From a bacterium (GTDB taxonomy: Bacteria > Patescibacteriota > Minisyncoccia > Minisyncoccales > CG1-02-41-26): 64,000 nucleotides of DNA. Shown here piece after piece: positions 17,662-26,720 of the stretch. The position numbers and the translations under genes were made by a program. Numbering within the stretch: position 1 is the stretch's first letter; every line of letters starts with the position of its first letter. Location of the stretch: positions 57,571 to 121,570 of the forward strand of contig JAGGXV010000022.1 in NCBI GenBank assembly GCA_021162885.1. The letters are read 5' to 3'. The notes beneath the pieces are model-generated. The model saw nothing but the letters and a program-made list of their open reading frames with translations. It searched no databases and had not been told where the DNA came from.

Positions 17662-17963
17662 TTATCTTTAGGATAAAAAGAGGATTTTTTGATGATGATT
17701 TTGTAAATACTTTCGATAAAGTCGCCCCCGGCATACCCGACGATAAAAGCCAGAGCGGGAGTAAAAAAACTCTGATACGTAAACCCAATTTCCTTAACAG
17801 CAGCCGCTACCGATATTCCGATTATCCCCGATAAAAAACTCATCCCCAAAAAATATTTCAAGTTAAAAGGAACATCTTTATAGCTAAATTGATGCTTAAT
17901 AAACCCAATTAATCCCCTTACCACTCCGCCAAAAAATCCAGCGATTAAAACAGAAAAATACAT
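17631..17963 (-). CDS. Small membrane protein
   Basis: Three hydrophobic segments, GG.VRG..G and GYAGGDFIE motifs. Confidence 0.75.
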   Translation of the reverse strand: MYFSVLIAGFFGGVVRGLIGFIKHQFSYKDVPFNLKYFLGMSFLSGIIGISVAAAVKEIGFTYQSFFTPALAFIVGYAGGDFIESIYKIIIKKSSFYPKDNSIKLDDRRK

Positions 17964-18069
17964 AAATTCTACCAGCTAATAAAAGCACCGATGGTCTCGG
18001 GATAACCTTTTACTAAAAAATAAACAGCAATTATAAAAAATATAACTACAACTATAAAATCAATTATTT

Positions 18070-19137
18070 TCATATTTTTATTTCAATAACATCGCCATCT
18101 CTTAAAACATAATCTTTACCGACCGTTTTCAAGAGCCCCTGTTCTCCGGCTTTTTTCCAACTGCCAACTTCAACCAATTTTTGCCAAGCTATCACTTCCC
18201 CCCTAACAAATTTTTCCTGAAAATCACTGTGAATTTTGCCAGCGCCTTGTAAAATTGTGCTCCCTTTCTCTATAGGCCAAGCCCTTGTTTCTTCTTTGCC
18301 AACAATGGTGAAAAAACTTATTAGATTTAATACTTCATAGCATTTTTTAATCAAATTATCAAGCTTTGGTTCTGCTAAAGCCAATTCTTTTCTTTCATCT
18401 TGAGAAAGTTCTGTTTTGTCCAATTCATCTCTTAAATTCATTGCCAACCAATCGCTTCCCTCTTTTGTTAATTCTTTTTTTAAATCTTGAGGAACTTCCT
18501 CCTCGTCAGAGTTTAAAAGATAAATTTGAGGTTTGGCGGTTAATAAAAAAAGATCCTCTACAAATTTCTTTTTTTCTGGCTCAAAATCCTTTAAAAAAGC
18601 GATAACTGCTTTCCCTTGGTTTAATTTTTCTTTTAGAAAGTTTAAAATCTCAAATTCAATTTCTGCCCCTGTTTTTTTGGCTTTAACATCTTTTTCAATT
18701 TTTTGCAATCTTCGTTCAATTGTTTCTAAGTCCTTAAAAATCAACTCGCTCTTTATTGTCTCGATATCTCTTTTGGGATTAATTTCACCATCAACATGGG
18801 CTATCTGTTCTGCTTTAAAACATCTAATAATCTGCAACAAAGCATCACACTCTCTGAGATGAGCCAGAAACTGATTACCCAAACCCTCTCCCTTATGAGC
18901 CCCTCGGACCAAACCAGCCACATCAACAAATTTAATCACCGAGGGTAAAACTTTTTTAGGTTGAGTGATTTGGGCTAATTTTTTTAATCTCTTGTCAGGA
19001 ACCTGAACTATCCCAACATTTGGTTCAACCGTACAAAAAGGATAGTTTGAGATATCAACCTTCTTTTTGGTTAAGGCCTGAAACAAGGTTGATTTGCCAA
19101 CATTAGGCAAACCAAAAATTCCAATCGAAAGTGACAT
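18070..19137 (-). CDS. ychF: Redox-regulated ATPase YchF
   Basis: GLPNVGKST, NYPFCTVEPN, DVAGLV.GA..GEGLGNQFL, AG.IHSDF, GKDYV..DGD. Confidence 0.97.
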   Translation of the reverse strand: MSLSIGIFGLPNVGKSTLFQALTKKKVDISNYPFCTVEPNVGIVQVPDKRLKKLAQITQPKKVLPSVIKFVDVAGLVRGAHKGEGLGNQFLAHLRECDALLQIIRCFKAEQIAHVDGEINPKRDIETIKSELIFKDLETIERRLQKIEKDVKAKKTGAEIEFEILNFLKEKLNQGKAVIAFLKDFEPEKKKFVEDLFLLTAKPQIYLLNSDEEEVPQDLKKELTKEGSDWLAMNLRDELDKTELSQDERKELALAEPKLDNLIKKCYEVLNLISFFTIVGKEETRAWPIEKGSTILQGAGKIHSDFQEKFVRGEVIAWQKLVEVGSWKKAGEQGLLKTVGKDYVLRDGDVIEIKI

Positions 19138-19192
19138 AAAAGTTAATTTTTAATTAGCAATTAGAATCTTCACTAACCTTCACTATTTTAGT

Positions 19193-19705
19193 TTAATTCT
19201 CAAACTCTTCAAAAGAGACTATTTCTTCAAAACTTTTTCTTGATTTCGGCCCCGCTTTGTCAGCGGGAAAACCCAAAGGCAAAAGGGCAACCACTTTACA
19301 TTCTTCTGGTATGTGCAGAATCTTTTTTACTCTATCCTGATTAAAAGCACCAATCCAACAAGTGCCAAGTCCTTCTTCAACTGCTTGCAAAGTCATATGG
19401 TCAACAGCGATTGCCAAATCAACAGCGAAAGCGGGAACTCCACAGCCCATAATATGTTCTGGATTTAAACTAACTGCTGCAATAACCACCGGGGCTTCAG
19501 CAACAAAACTTTGTCCAGCGGCTTCTGATAATTCTTTCCTCTTTTTTTCATCTTGCACAACTACAAATTTCCATTCTTGCTCATTGTGAGCAGAAGGAGC
19601 CAATCTTGCTGCCTCTAAAACCTTTTTTAATTTATCTTCTGGTACTGGGTCGGGTCTGTATTTCCTAACGCTTCTTCTATTTTTTATTGCTTCAAAGACC
19701 TCCAT
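19193..19705 (-). CDS. Nitroreductase family protein
   Basis: RRSVRKY, AARLAPSA.N.Q.W.F, GLGTCWIG. Confidence 0.93.
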   Translation of the reverse strand: MEVFEAIKNRRSVRKYRPDPVPEDKLKKVLEAARLAPSAHNEQEWKFVVVQDEKKRKELSEAAGQSFVAEAPVVIAAVSLNPEHIMGCGVPAFAVDLAIAVDHMTLQAVEEGLGTCWIGAFNQDRVKKILHIPEECKVVALLPLGFPADKAGPKSRKSFEEIVSFEEFEN

Positions 19706-19716
19706 GTTAGAAGTTA

Positions 19717-20100
19717 TTATATTTTAAATTTTTTAGTTTCAATTTTTCTTACCTGACTCTCTCCTATCCCAAAATGATGAGCAATTTCGTGCCAAACTAC
19801 TCTTTTTACTAATTGACGAATCTTTTCTTTTGAACCTCCGGCTTTCTTTTCTATTGGTTTCTGGAAAATAGTAATTTTATCTGGTAAAACCCCACTATAA
19901 AAAGTGGTTCTCTTTGTCCTTGGCACTCCCTGATAAAGACCTAAAAGAGAAAGATTTTTATGGTCTCCACCAAAATCGCGAAGCGATTTTGGTGGAGATT
20001 CTTCAATCACAATATCAACATTATCAAGCTTGTCTCTAAATTTTTTAGGGATGGCTCTGATTCCCTCTGAAACAAGTACTTCAAATTGGGCTCGGGTCAT
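19717..20100 (-). CDS. Zincin-like metallopeptidase family protein
   Basis: LLGLYQGVP, LPDKITIF, HEIAHHFG. Confidence 0.9.
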   Translation of the reverse strand: MTRAQFEVLVSEGIRAIPKKFRDKLDNVDIVIEESPPKSLRDFGGDHKNLSLLGLYQGVPRTKRTTFYSGVLPDKITIFQKPIEKKAGGSKEKIRQLVKRVVWHEIAHHFGIGESQVRKIETKKFKI

Positions 20101-20103
20101 AAA

Positions 20104-20424
20104 TTAGAGTAACTTCTTTTGAGCAAGATTTCTTGCGATTTCTTGGGCTATTTTTTTTCCTTGAAGGGTCAATGAAAAAGAAATTTTTGGGTCGCCTTTA
20201 ATTAGTTTTCTCTTTCTCAAAGTTCGCAAAGGCCGATCAAGCTTTCTGGCATCAGGCCATTGAGGATAACCTTTTAAAGCAAAAACTTTGGGAAATCGAT
20301 TAAAACTTTCTTTGACCAATTTCTCGAAAGAACATTTCCCCTCAGAAGAAGAATACAAACTGAAGAGAATCAAATCATTTATGGAGTTTAATTTTCTTGT
20401 TGGCATACGGCTCCCGTAGGACAT
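20104..20424 (-). CDS. Hypothetical winged-helix-like protein
   Basis: SFEKLV...F..FP..F.L.GYP.WPD, C-terminal LTLQG wing motif; start uncertain. Confidence 0.7.
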   Translation of the reverse strand: MSYGSRMPTRKLNSINDLILFSLYSSSEGKCSFEKLVKESFNRFPKVFALKGYPQWPDARKLDRPLRTLRKRKLIKGDPKISFSLTLQGKKIAQEIARNLAQKKLL

Positions 20425-20595
20425 TGTTAATAAAAAACATTGTTCTCTTTTTAAAATCTAATGGGTAATAAAATACAAAAACCCAGTATGACAACTTTGA
20501 AAGGAAAATTTCTTTGAAATTTTCTTATTGCCTGGCAGAACATTCAAAGTTGCTCTACCGACCATGCCTAAAATACAATTTGACGTCCTACGGGG

Positions 20596-20667
20596 CGGGG
20601 GTACCAGGATTCGAACCCGGAAGTCGGCTTTTGGAGAGCCGCAGTTTACCATTAAGCTTATACCCCC
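20596..20667 (-). tRNA. tRNA-Trp(CCA)
   Basis: GGGGGTA/TACCCCC acceptor, loop CT-CCA-AA, GGTTCGAATCC. Confidence 0.93.
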
Positions 20668-20756
20668 TTGTCGTCTCGCCTCACTCAACTCCGGGATCTC
20701 TTTTTCTTTTGAAAAAAAAGAAAAGGTGTCCAACTTCCAAAAGAAAATAGAATAAA

Positions 20757-20918
20757 CTATTTCTTCATTTCTTTATGTAACGTGTGTTTCCTGCAAAATT
20801 TGCAAAATTTTTTCAACTCTAATTTTCCCTCAACATTTTTTGACTTGCGAGTATAATAATTAATTCTTTTACACTCAGAACACTGAAGTTTTATAAATGG
20901 TTTTTTCTTTTTTGCCAT
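20757..20918 (-). CDS. rpmG: 50S ribosomal protein bL33 (Zn-binding form)
   Basis: [37 protein letters not shown]. Confidence 0.96.
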   Translation of the reverse strand: MAKKKKPFIKLQCSECKRINYYTRKSKNVEGKLELKKFCKFCRKHTLHKEMKK

Positions 20919-20936
20919 GATTGTCTTATATTGCTG

Positions 20937-21009
20937 AGCCAACGCGCGGATTTGAACCGCGAACCTACCCCTTACCATGGGGTTGCTCTACCGACTGAGC
21001 TACGTTGGC
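20937..21009 (-). tRNA. tRNA-Thr(GGT)
   Basis: GCCAACG/CGTTGGC acceptor, loop AT-GGT-AA, GGTTCAAATCC. Confidence 0.93.
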
Positions 21010-21026
21010 ATTAAAAAATTAAAGCT

Positions 21027-21617
21027 TTATTGAACTTCTCTAATCATCTTAAAAATCTTCTCCTTTAATTTTTTATTGGTTACAGTTATATTCAATACTC
21101 CAAATTTACTCTTTTTTCGGTAAGTCCCTTTTCCTTGAGGAGGTATCCTAATTATTTTACCAAGCTGGTCCTTTTTAATTCCAAGATGTTGCTCCCAAAA
21201 TTTTATGGCCTCTTTTTCATTACAATCATTAAATAAAGTTAGATAATATCCAAATTTTTCTTCTTTAGTACCGCATATCTCTACTAAAAATTCCCGAAAT
21301 TTCTTAATGAGTTGAGGGTCACTATTACTCATTCGAACGGCTGTATTATTACTACTTTTATCCCCTTCGCCCCAGTATAAACCTAACCCGATTCCTTTTA
21401 ATAAAATTTCCTCCTTATTGAGCTTATTTTTGATCTCAAATGGATCACCATTTGGATTTCTTTTGACATAAGTAGCTTCGCTCATCGATCTCCGTGGAAT
21501 GCCAAATTTTCTCATCCAATAAACGATTTTTTCATATTTCCACCCTGTTCTATCAGAAATTTCCATCATTGATAAACCACTCTTATATAGTTTTTTTAAT
21601 TTTTCTTTGGGCAACAT
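21027..21617 (-). CDS. HTH plus single LAGLIDADG-like motif protein between tRNA genes
   Basis: GLSMMEIS..W..FGIPRR (HTH), GLGLYWGEG, SNSDPQLIKKFREFL; ATG at 21617 abuts the tRNA-Tyr 3' end. Confidence 0.7.
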   Translation of the reverse strand: MLPKEKLKKLYKSGLSMMEISDRTGWKYEKIVYWMRKFGIPRRSMSEATYVKRNPNGDPFEIKNKLNKEEILLKGIGLGLYWGEGDKSSNNTAVRMSNSDPQLIKKFREFLVEICGTKEEKFGYYLTLFNDCNEKEAIKFWEQHLGIKKDQLGKIIRIPPQGKGTYRKKSKFGVLNITVTNKKLKEKIFKMIREVQ

Positions 21618-21701
21618 TGGGTGTGAGTGGAGTCGAACCACCTGGGCTCAGAGAGCTATGGTTTTACAGACCATCCCCGCGCCGTACGGGACTACACACC
21701 C
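21618..21701 (-). tRNA. tRNA-Tyr(GTA)
   Basis: GGGTGTG/CACACCC acceptor, loop CT-GTA-AA, long variable arm, GGTTCGACTCC. Confidence 0.9.
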
Positions 21702-21735
21702 TTTTATTTTTCTAATTTTAGCAAAAAATTTTGGT

Positions 21736-22413
21736 TTATTCAATGATTTTGCTGTGTTTTTTCCGCCATTCTTCAATTTTTTTGTGATTTCCAGATAAAA
21801 GGACTTTGGGTACTTTCCATTGAACTCCTTTTTTTGGTTCAAAAACTTCGGGCCTGGTATATTGAGGATATTCTCGAAATCCTTTCTCTTTGGTAATTCT
21901 TTCTTCTAATAGTTCGGATTTGCCAATAACTCCCTTAATCAATCTTGCCACTGTTTCAATAAACACTAAAGCGGGCAACTCACCGCCCATTAAAACATAA
22001 TCTCCTATCGAAATCTGTTCATCGCAGAGATACTTTGCCACCCTTTCGTCAATCCCTTCATACCTGCCACAAATTAAAATTAACTGCTCAAGTTTTGCAA
22101 ATTGACTTGCCATTTTTTGATTAAATTTTTTCCCTCGCGGGGTAAACAAAATCACTCTCGATTTGGGATTTGGGATTTGTTTGGGATTTCTCAAGCTGGA
22201 AACCGCTTTAAATATAGGTTCCAGCTTGAGTATCATTCCCCTACCCCCACCAAAAGGTTTGTCATCAACCTTTTTGTGTTTGTCTTCAGTAAAATCTCGG
22301 AGATTATGAACTTTAATTTTTATCACTCCTTTTTCTTGAGCTTTTTTTAAAATGGAATGTTTGAAATAAAAATCAAAAATCTCGGGAAAAATGGTAATGA
22401 TGTCAAATTTCAT
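21736..22413 (-). CDS. trmD: tRNA (guanine-N1)-methyltransferase TrmD
   Basis: [47 protein letters not shown]. Confidence 0.97.
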   Translation of the reverse strand: MKFDIITIFPEIFDFYFKHSILKKAQEKGVIKIKVHNLRDFTEDKHKKVDDKPFGGGRGMILKLEPIFKAVSSLRNPKQIPNPKSRVILFTPRGKKFNQKMASQFAKLEQLILICGRYEGIDERVAKYLCDEQISIGDYVLMGGELPALVFIETVARLIKGVIGKSELLEERITKEKGFREYPQYTRPEVFEPKKGVQWKVPKVLLSGNHKKIEEWRKKHSKIIE

Positions 22414-22481
22414 AAAAATGAAAAAACGAAAACGGCGCTATCTTTATAATAGCACCGTCTCCGCGAGAATTCAATTGGAAG

Positions 22482-22802
22482 TTATAGCTTTAAATCTTCC
22501 AATCCTTCTTCTTTCTTTTCTGGAGCCTTCTCTTTTGCGGGAGCTTTTCCGCCGGCGGGCTCTTCAATCTTTAAGTTAACTCTGGCATGATTCTTGAGCC
22601 CAACAATCCGGACAAGATTCCTGATTGCTCTAGCGGTTGCTCCAGCCTTGCCAATAACAGCGCCCATATCTTCAGGATGGACTTTTAGGCTGAGCAAGAC
22701 TCCCATCTCATCCACTTTCCGGTCCACTTTAACATCATCAGGATGATCAACCAAAGCCTTAACTACGTACTCCAGAAATTCTTTATCAGTCTCTTTTGCC
22801 AT
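22482..22802 (-). CDS. khpA: KH-domain RNA-binding protein
   Basis: VKALVDHPDDV, DMGAVIGKAGATARAIR; upstream of trmD. Confidence 0.9.
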   Translation of the reverse strand: MAKETDKEFLEYVVKALVDHPDDVKVDRKVDEMGVLLSLKVHPEDMGAVIGKAGATARAIRNLVRIVGLKNHARVNLKIEEPAGGKAPAKEKAPEKKEEGLEDLKL

Positions 22803-22985
22803 ATTCTTTATCTTTGAATTCAATTATTCACTTTTAATCAGTAGCTCGACCTTTCTTTCCTCCGATCTCCTCAATAATTCAGAGAGTCGGTCCTTGAAGA
22901 AAAGCTACATTTTTCATTTTACCCATTTAACAAAATATGTCAAGGGAAATCGCAAAAACTGCCACAAGCAGGATATCAAATAAGC

Positions 22986-23161
22986 TTTTCTCCAGGAAGC
23001 TGCCAGCAGGTCCCAGAATGATACGAGCATTTTCTGAGAAAGCGAGGAGAGAGATTTTTGTCTCAGGCAATTGCCAGAGACAACTTTCTCGTCTAATGCC
23101 TGATCTGGATTCAGTCCCTCGGGGGAGGGGCTAAAACCTGCTGACAGCTCCCTGAAGAAAA
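22986..23161 (-). ncRNA. Candidate 176-nt rod-shaped structured RNA (unassigned)
   Basis: 26-bp closing stem whose three mismatches are all G-U on the minus strand, plus nested inner stems (TTGTCTC/GAGACAA and others). Confidence 0.45.
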
Positions 23162-23207
23162 ACCCATTTTTAATTTTACCATTTTTTTTCTTCTCCGTCA
23201 AACTCTC

Positions 23208-23269
23208 CCAGTCTCCTAAACCCAGAATAATTAACATTTCGGCACAATCGTGCCCATTTGTTAACGATT
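23208..23269. repeat. 62-nt block duplicated at 27786-27847
   Basis: CCAGTCTCCTAAACCCAGAATAATTAAC...TTAAYGATT, 3 mismatches; includes a 36-nt palindrome. Confidence 0.85.
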
Positions 23270-23324
23270 GATTTTGTTTCAATTTGGAAAGCTTTTTAAA
23301 GCATTTCAAGTCCAGAATAAATAT

Positions 23325-23353
23325 TTGACACTCTCTTTTAGAATTGCTAAACT
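23325..23353 (+). promoter_or_regulatory. Sigma70-type promoter of the toxin-antitoxin pair
   Basis: TTGACA-17 nt-TAAACT with a TG extension. Confidence 0.65.
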
Positions 23354-23364
23354 GAAGTTAGGAT

Positions 23365-23529
23365 ATGCAAAAAGCAACCACTCAACCAAAAACTAAACTA
23401 CCTCGAATTCAAACCCCAAAAGAAATTCTGAAAATCTGGGAAAGAGCTCGAGGAATATGGAAAAGCAAGAAACTCGACCCTATTAGGTATCTCAAGAAAA
23501 CTCGCAAAGAATGGGAGAAAATTTTGTAA
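23365..23529 (+). CDS. Putative antitoxin (54 aa, not in the ORF track)
   Basis: MQKATTQPKTKLPRIQTPKEILKIWERARGIWKSKKLDPIRYLKKTRKEWEKIL, ending 3 nt before the PIN gene. Confidence 0.75.
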   Translation: MQKATTQPKTKLPRIQTPKEILKIWERARGIWKSKKLDPIRYLKKTRKEWEKIL

Positions 23530-23532
23530 TCT

Positions 23533-23904
23533 ATGTTTACTCTCGATACCAATATTATCATTTATTATCTTAAAGATGAATCTAAAGTATTAAAATTTTT
23601 GCGTGAGGAGATTTTAGCCGGCTCACGCTTTTTTATTTCAACAATCACCGAGGCAGAGCTTTTTGGTTATCCTCAAATTACTTCTGAAGAGGCAATAAGA
23701 ATCAACGAAGTTTTAGCCACTCTTTCAATTATTCCTATCGATTCTCAAATAGCCAGATTGGCTGGTCTTTTCAAAAGAAAATATCAGATTTCTCTTCCTG
23801 ATGCCATTATTGCTGCCACCACCTATCTCACTAATTCCACTCTTGTTACTCGCAATATTCGAGATTTCCAAAAAATCAAAGAAATTAAAGTAAAATCTAT
23901 TTAA
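23533..23904 (+). CDS. vapC: VapC-family PIN domain toxin
   Basis: LDTNIII, STITEAEL, LPDAIIAAT, LVTRN.RDF. Confidence 0.93.
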   Translation: MFTLDTNIIIYYLKDESKVLKFLREEILAGSRFFISTITEAELFGYPQITSEEAIRINEVLATLSIIPIDSQIARLAGLFKRKYQISLPDAIIAATTYLTNSTLVTRNIRDFQKIKEIKVKSI

Positions 23905-24044
23905 CCCTCATCCAATATTTATTTTCAAAGAACTCACTTACAGATTTCCCGTAAGTTTTTTTTATTCCCAATCTCCTAAATCCAGAATAGTTTACCCCAT
24001 TAGAAATGGAATTTCTAAGCAGAGTAAATTCCAAACTTGGGAGA

Positions 24045-24205
24045 TTAGGGAAGGAGGGAGATAAAGTGCGAAAAAACTCTTCCTCCTTCCTTATTATTTC
24101 AACCCTTATCTTTTTACAGCCGGCCAGGGTAACTCCGGCTAACCTTTTAGTTTTAGTTCCTCTTCAGAACTATGGCAGTCGGCTACTGTCAGGAATCTTT
24201 GCCGC
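24045..24205 (-). repeat. ~160-nt structured direct repeat, copy 1
   Basis: Near-identical to 25201-25360; chain of hairpins. Confidence 0.9.
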
Positions 24206-24231
24206 CTTTTCTCACCGTGTTACCACGGGAA

Positions 24232-24711
24232 TCACGGCTTATCGACCCTTTCCAAGGCCGATTTTTTACTGTCCAATTTCTGTCCAACCACTACCGCCCA
24301 TTTCCCGGTTCGAATCGCCGCCTCAATTTCTGCTTGGGGTAGATCCGGAGTAATCAACTTGAACGAATCTTCCGGAATGAAATCCACAAGAGAAAGAGTT
24401 GGTTTCCACTCTCTCAGCCCCATCCAGATATTGCTCCTTTCCTGCCGGGAAAATCCAGAATAAACCCCAGCCCGATCAAATGACCCAGCAGGAATAAAGA
24501 CCTTCACATCCCATTTCTGTTTCAACCCAGCAAGAATTCCTTGAATTGCTACTGGTGTCCTGTCCTCATTCCATGGTTCTGAATTCCACTCTCCTCGAGC
24601 GGTCCAGAATTTCAGCTCCTTATAGATAGATTCCGGTTTCCGGCCAATCTCCTCCGACAACCGATAAACTCTTAACACAAAATTAAGCCCGATAAAAACA
24701 AGAACTTTCAT
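24232..24711 (-). CDS. Hypothetical protein (island)
   Basis: ATG at 24711 after AAGGAGGTG. Confidence 0.7.
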   Translation of the reverse strand: MKVLVFIGLNFVLRVYRLSEEIGRKPESIYKELKFWTARGEWNSEPWNEDRTPVAIQGILAGLKQKWDVKVFIPAGSFDRAGVYSGFSRQERSNIWMGLREWKPTLSLVDFIPEDSFKLITPDLPQAEIEAAIRTGKWAVVVGQKLDSKKSALERVDKP

Positions 24712-24730
24712 TTTTTCACCTCCTTTCATT

Positions 24731-25078
24731 TCATTTCTTTAACCAGCCCGGTATCGGGACCTCTCGGCCATCTCGCCGAGAGAGCCCTAACTCTTCAAGC
24801 GTAAACTCAAAGAGTACGGCTCCCCGGGAGATGTAACGAGAACATCTTCCTCGTTGGCGAAGAATCTCCTTCTTCACCAGCTCCCGGGCTTCATCCTTCC
24901 GGCCATCTCGAATCAGCTGGATAACCGGAAGATGCCTCCCCTCCGCGAACTTAATTTGTGGATCACCCGGGGAGTAGGCAATCCACAAATCCGGACGTTT
25001 GAAGGGGTTAACTACATAAACAACCCCTTCATCCGCCTTTCGGCCCCGGGGAGGGCCGAGGGATTTAAAAAATTCCAT
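24731..25078 (-). CDS. Hypothetical protein (island)
   Basis: 115 aa; AAGGAGG upstream. Confidence 0.7.
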   Translation of the reverse strand: MEFFKSLGPPRGRKADEGVVYVVNPFKRPDLWIAYSPGDPQIKFAEGRHLPVIQLIRDGRKDEARELVKKEILRQRGRCSRYISRGAVLFEFTLEELGLSRRDGREVPIPGWLKK

Positions 25079-25200
25079 TTTATCCTCCTTTCCCTGCCTG
25101 CCATTACTGTACTGGTCAGGTCTTACGGGAAAACTCCGTTTAAATTTTTAATCTACTAACCGTTTAAATTTAGAATCTTACTATTCTAAACTTAAATTGG

Positions 25201-25360
25201 TTAGGGAAGGAGGAAGATAAAGTGGGAAAAAACTCTTCCTCCTTCCTTATTATTTCAACCCTTATCTTTTTGCAGCCGGCCAGGGCGCTCCGGCTAACCT
25301 TTTAGTTTTAGTTCCTCTTCAGAACTATGGCAGTCGGCTACTGCCAGGAATCTTTGCCGC
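25201..25360 (-). repeat. ~160-nt structured direct repeat, copy 2
   Basis: Near-identical to 24045-24205. Confidence 0.9.
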
Positions 25361-25527
25361 TCTCTACCGGGTTGCTGCTGCCCTCCGATTGGTTACGGTT
25401 GAGACAACCTTGGCCCGCAGTTCCCCGTTGTTTACGGGACTGCCCTTCGGCTTCTCGGGCTTACCTCGCTATCATCCCGAGTCGCCTAGACACACGGCTT
25501 ATCGACCCTTTGCCAGGGCCGGGGTTA

Positions 25528-25794
25528 CTACCTCAAAACCTCCCAATTTGTGACCTCCCAAATTCCATAATGGGAGGCCACATCCCCCACACAGGCTTTC
25601 ACCCATGTGAGGACAGAAAACAAACTCATCTGAGGTAGCAACCCAGCGATCGAGAGTTCCAACTCCCCCTTTTTTTTCGGGGTGAGCTGGACGCCCTCGA
25701 TCGCCAGCTCACTTAAAATGTACTTCCGCAATGATTCCGGAAAAGAATCCGGAAACTCTTTTCCGTCATTGCGGAAAATTTTTATTTTTAACAT
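25528..25794 (-). CDS. Hypothetical protein (island)
   Basis: 88 aa; GGAGGTG upstream; tandem TAG TAA stops. Confidence 0.65.
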   Translation of the reverse strand: MLKIKIFRNDGKEFPDSFPESLRKYILSELAIEGVQLTPKKKGELELSIAGLLPQMSLFSVLTWVKACVGDVASHYGIWEVTNWEVLR

Positions 25795-26023
25795 CCTCTC
25801 ACCTCCATTTTCTCCCCGTCGGGCTCCAAGGCCTTAATGGGGATTGATGCGAGGCCGCTATTCGCGAAATTAGTGGTAAATTCGCGCAAATTCGCGAATA
25901 ACCACGAACACCGGCCTCGCTTCAATTATCCTAAATTACATCTCCTTTCTCAATTCACTAAAATTTAATTAATGGACTAAGAAGGAAGGTGGAAGAAAAT
26001 GGAAACTTTCTTCCACTTTATTT

Positions 26024-26395
26024 CTATTTCTTTTTGTAATAAAACTTTATCGCTTCTTCCACTATCTCAGGAAACTCCGCCTGAGGGTCTTTATCCTTTT
26101 CTGATTTCCAAATAGCAGCTCCAATTGGACAATAGCCAATTCCATAAACTGCATTTTTGCAGACCTTTGGATATTCAGGAGTGTCATGGATTTTACACCT
26201 GGCCTGAATCCATTTATTCCCTTTTTTGTGCCGTCGAACAAGATACTTACAATAGCTACAATCCGATTTCCAGGATCCATCGGGTAATTCCAAAGAATAA
26301 CTCCAACAACACCAGCCGCATCGGAGACAAATAAATGTCTCTCTTGCCATTTTCAGAAACTCCTTGAATTTCTCATAATCAAACTTTTCTGCCAT
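26024..26395 (-). CDS. YkgJ-like cysteine-cluster (Zn/Fe-S) protein
   Basis: CLRCGWCC, C.YL, CKIH..P..C. Confidence 0.8.
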   Translation of the reverse strand: MAEKFDYEKFKEFLKMARETFICLRCGWCCWSYSLELPDGSWKSDCSYCKYLVRRHKKGNKWIQARCKIHDTPEYPKVCKNAVYGIGYCPIGAAIWKSEKDKDPQAEFPEIVEEAIKFYYKKK

Positions 26396-26720
26396 TTTTT
26401 ACTCCTTATAATTTTTTTTTCAAAAGAACTATTTTTTACTCACCCTCCTTACTCAACTCCTTATTTCAGTATAAGGAACTAAGTATGAAGGGGGAAGAAA
26501 AGTAATGAGTAACTTTCTTCCCCTTTTTTTCTAATTGTCCGGGATGTCGGCCGACTTCGAAGGCGCCGACTCTGGCCCTCCCTTAAGGCACGGCTCACCA
26601 AAGGGTTCGCCGTGGAGGTTATTCGCGTAGGACCTTATTTCGGGTTACCCCTTATTCGTGTCCTACCTTATTTCCCTCACCCCAGGCACTAACCCGGCCT
26701 GGCGGGTAATTGCAGGGCGG

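Noticed and set aside
20458-20755. ORFs overlapping tRNA-Trp (and similar ORFs over tRNA-Thr and tRNA-Tyr)
   Set aside because: Shadow frames across tRNA genes.
25305-25330. Hammerhead ribozyme suggested by CTGAAGAG on minus
   Set aside because: The motif sits in a simple hairpin loop (TAGTTC/GAACTA) and no correctly placed stem II-GAAA follows.
24006-25638. Plus-strand ORFs 24006..24353, 24854..25159 and 25327..25638
   Set aside because: They are antisense to SD-led genes or run through the duplicated hairpin module, with no protein motifs.
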